In this document: positions 60,757-64,000 of the stretch, piece after piece | How the letters are laid out: every line of letters starts with the position of its first letter | Numbering within the stretch: the stretch's first letter is position 1 | Origin: Lingula anatina | Taxonomy: Eukaryota; Animalia; Brachiopoda | Direction: 5' to 3' | Assembly: GCA_051362555.1 (NCBI GenBank) | Contig: CM120641.1 | Span: 8,680,001 to 8,744,000, forward strand | Length of the DNA: 64,000 bases | The notes under the pieces: generated by a model | Told to the model about the DNA's origin: nothing | Database searches by the model: none | Seen by the model: only the letters and a program-made list of their open reading frames with translations | Made by a program: the position numbers and the translations under genes

Positions 60757-63700
60757 GTAAGTATTAACCGTAAGTGGTTTATCAACCAAATCGCCTCCCA
60801 AGTCAAGTTAAATCAGAACATTCGCACTTCAGGCAAAATATGCGTACCAGAGCCCCAGCCTTCCTTGAAGAGTTGGAGGAGTTGCATACAGAGCAGGGAA
60901 CAGAGTCCATTTAAACACGCCCGCACCACACTTCCCTCTCAAGTTTTGACGGATCACACATTGTCTTTAAAGTTGTGAACTAAAAGAAATTTGTTATTTA
61001 TCAAAATCGGCTAAATTTTGTCATGTACAATCAATATAGTGAAATATAGTCTATGGAAACTTGGGTATGTATTTGGCCTAGGTTATTTTTTTTGGGGGGG
61101 GGGGGGGGGAGAGGGAGAGTCTGTTCAAGAACAGATGAAGCAGCTGTATTGAGGGCCATGTGCCCTCTAGTGTCATACAATGACAGGTGTTGTGAAATAC
61201 AGTGTGAGTGTTATACTATAGTAACTCCATCTTCTGTTACCATATTCAGTTGGACCTCTCACCCCTCTCAGACAGATAATATATACCTAGTGACATTTTG
61301 GACCTGAACATGGCATGTGCATGTATATTTGTGTGTGTATGTGTGCGCATCCAGTTACCTTCTGTATATATGTGTATTTGTGCTTGTTCCTACAAATTGC
61401 CATAACATAAGACTTAAAATATTGCTATGATGAGAAATATGAAACTTGCTTGGGCATAGTGGAGTCGTGACCAGTTGTTAAAAAGCACTAGACTATAGGT
61501 CTCTTAATTACTGTTATTGTCACTAATCATTTGTTGGTAAGTTCCTTAGTGTATCTCTGTTCATTCAGCTGAAAGTCTATAGAAATGACTAGTATGTGTG
61601 CAGCCCTGAGAGACCATGTTATCCTCTGCACATAATGTGACACTGTTGTTATTTTTCTCAGGGGCTTAGCCAGGATTTTCAAATTTTGATTTGGCTAGAA
61701 ATTTTCAACTGTTAAAACAAATTTCCTGCTCCACTTGGGTTATTTATGTGTCTGCTTTGAATTATTGTAGAAGACTCTAAAATCCCCTTTCACTAATGAG
61801 CTGATAGACTTTTGATATAGTTTGACTTTATTCACATCAACTGTCTTATATGCAGCATCTGACTGTTGCAAATGAATGATGGTACTTAATTATAAGATAA
61901 GAAAAGAGTAATGCTGTGAAAAAACTGCTTGATTTATGCCAGAAACATCATTGAGATGAATTTAAATTCAATTTATTAAAAACTTGTGAATTCATACATC
62001 CCAAATATGATTAGAAAAGGGAAAATAAAAGGCCTGTGCAGCTTTGGGCCCAGCATAATATCAGATGTCCATAATAAGCTTCATGTAGCAGAGATTTTTC
62101 AATAAAGCAGTTAGCTGGGTTGAGTTAGGAAAAAATCGATATAAGAATTATACAGACATTCAATACAAATTTTGATGTGAGCTGCAGTGTCAGACTGTGC
62201 TACAGCTGAATAGTCAAGCAGGTTGTTATTTGGGGCAGGATTTAATTTATTTCTGGATATACAATTGTTTGCTGTTAGGGATGGGAATATTGAGATATAA
62301 AACCTGTCAGTAATGGTATACATTTTGCTTATTAGTATGGTATTCACAAACCCCTGTCATTGTGAATAATTTTGATATTTGAATATGAACTGATGTAGAA
62401 GTGTATGCTCTTCACTAAGTGACCTAGGTAATAATAGATCTTATGGATTGTAAACATTTATACTTAAAATAGTACATATAAAGTTCATTATGTATACAAA
62501 GTATGGTCTGTTTTGGTGAACCTTTTTACAGTATTTATTCTCTTGGTTAGACTAAAAAAAGAAGTGAATAGATGATAAAATGAGTGCTCTAGATGATAGT
62601 GATTTTGGCCACTGTTGGTAAATCACTTGGTATGTTGTTAAGAATAACAATAAAGACAGCTTAAGTGCATAAAAGGAGTTCTGTAGGATAAAATTGATGA
62701 AATTCAGTTGAAGTTGGAAGCTCATTTTTCCTTATTAATCTTTTTAAATGTTTATATTTATGTTTTGTAAGAAAATTGAAATATAATGGAAAGCATTATA
62801 AACAGGAGCACAAGAGGGGTGAGATCTATATAAGTGACCATATTAATGTAAATATGAAGTACTGTATTTGGTATATGGCTTAGATGCACAATAAGGTAAC
62901 TTTAGTAAATTGAATGCTGTTTGAACCAAGATGTTTCATTCCATTTTATTATTATACATATAAAGCAGATTGGTTGTCTCTTCCACAGATATTTGCATGG
63001 AATATTAACGCAATATCATTACAAGCTAGAAGGAAATGCAATATTGAATGTAGAAGAACTAATCCTTTGCTTAGCAAAGATTTGTTTATATGGAAGTTCT
63101 CCAATGACATGCTCCATAGTACATAGCACAGATGTTGAAAAAGGTGAGGCAAACATTTTCCACAGTTGAACATGATGACATACTGCAAAAGGAATCTGCC
63201 ATTATCATTTTGCTCTTTTTCTTTCTCAGACGAGAAAGGAGTTCAGATACAAGTTCTTCCACTGCTGCCATTATCATATGCAGCTCTGTAAATATATGAC
63301 AACAGAAGTAGGTCATACTGATACAAAACATGTTGCTGGGTGGAAAGTGGCATTTATTGCTGTCTTTTGTGTGCTAGTCTATAGGTTTTCTGTGCTCTGG
63401 ATAAAGATGGTTCATATATGCACATGGTAATTGCTCTGCATCTATGTAAAAAGGATGTTGAAGAAAGGAACAAAAATGGAATTTGACTCATGACTTTGTT
63501 GGGAGATTGCCCCTTTGCCATAGCGGTAGAGCTTTGTCTATTTGGGAATCTCTTCCCATTTCAGGCATCGTGGTATTCATACTATGAAATAAAAATCTCT
63601 TAATTTTTTTATTATAAGTATCCTTTACTAGATGAAGTCAATTTTTAAAATCGACTTTGGATAGGAACTTGAACCTCACTCTTCATTCATTATTGGTGTA

Positions 63701-64000
63701 GTTTTCCAGATAAAAAATTGCCTCATAAGCTTCTTTGGGATGAGAAATTGGCTGAATGATTTTGTGAAGATAAGATTGGTCCTTACCTTCAAGGCTTGTT
63801 ATTATAAGGGATTTGCAAGATAGATGTAAATGTGCCGAAGTCCTCCTTGAACAAATAAGTTACAGGTGGACCCATATTGGTAAAGATGCACCTGCTGGGT
63901 AGGCCTAAGCACAGTGGCATACAGGCACTAGCTAGCACATGGTTATGGTAATTACTCAGGCATTTTATTTCTTTCAAAGGCCCCAGGATTCATAAAATAA

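Noticed and set aside
60757-60915. An 18-nt GT...AG interval after SAM exon 2 whose removal opens a protein-like frame (VVYQPNRL...AFLEELEELHTEQGTESI*)
   Set aside because: 18 nt is far below the usual minimum spliceosomal intron size in animals; likely coincidence.
63196-63277. Direct repeat ctgccattatcat x2 and the minus-strand ORF 63086-63331
   Set aside because: A single 13-bp repeat and an ORF without homology cues; insufficient support.

Overview
AT-rich, intron-rich animal (invertebrate-like) genomic DNA; the taxon cannot be fixed from sequence alone. Four genes can be reconstructed by hand with canonical GT-AG splice sites. (1) The 3' part of a PITPNC1/RdgB-beta phosphatidylinositol transfer protein gene (+, includes an 8-nt microexon, stop at 24982). 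(2) A complete 29-coding-exon ABCA5-like full transporter (-, 46784->28231, about 1735 aa), tail-to-tail with PITPNC1. (3) A complete PRPF31 gene (+, 51391-58346, 491 aa), head-to-head with the ABCA gene. (4) The first two exons of an N-terminal SAM-domain gene (+, from 60466). The dominant structural oddity is an A-B-A-C-B arrangement. Segment A (686-7543, PITPNC1 exons) recurs at 14312-21169, and segment B (29224-35993, ABCA exons 17-28) is copied to 7543-14312. The copies look identical and both novel junctions share only one base (C), so this is either a very recent complex duplication or an assembly chimera. The second notable feature is a 5'-truncated Penelope-like retroelement in PRPF31 intron 7, with 111-bp inverted ends that each carry a minimal hammerhead ribozyme, one of them in the PRPF31 sense orientation. 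Introns also hold many non-autonomous DNA elements (Harbinger-, Kolobok- and Helentron/DINE-like, other MITEs). I found no convincing wholly new multi-gene system; the best leads are the two features above.
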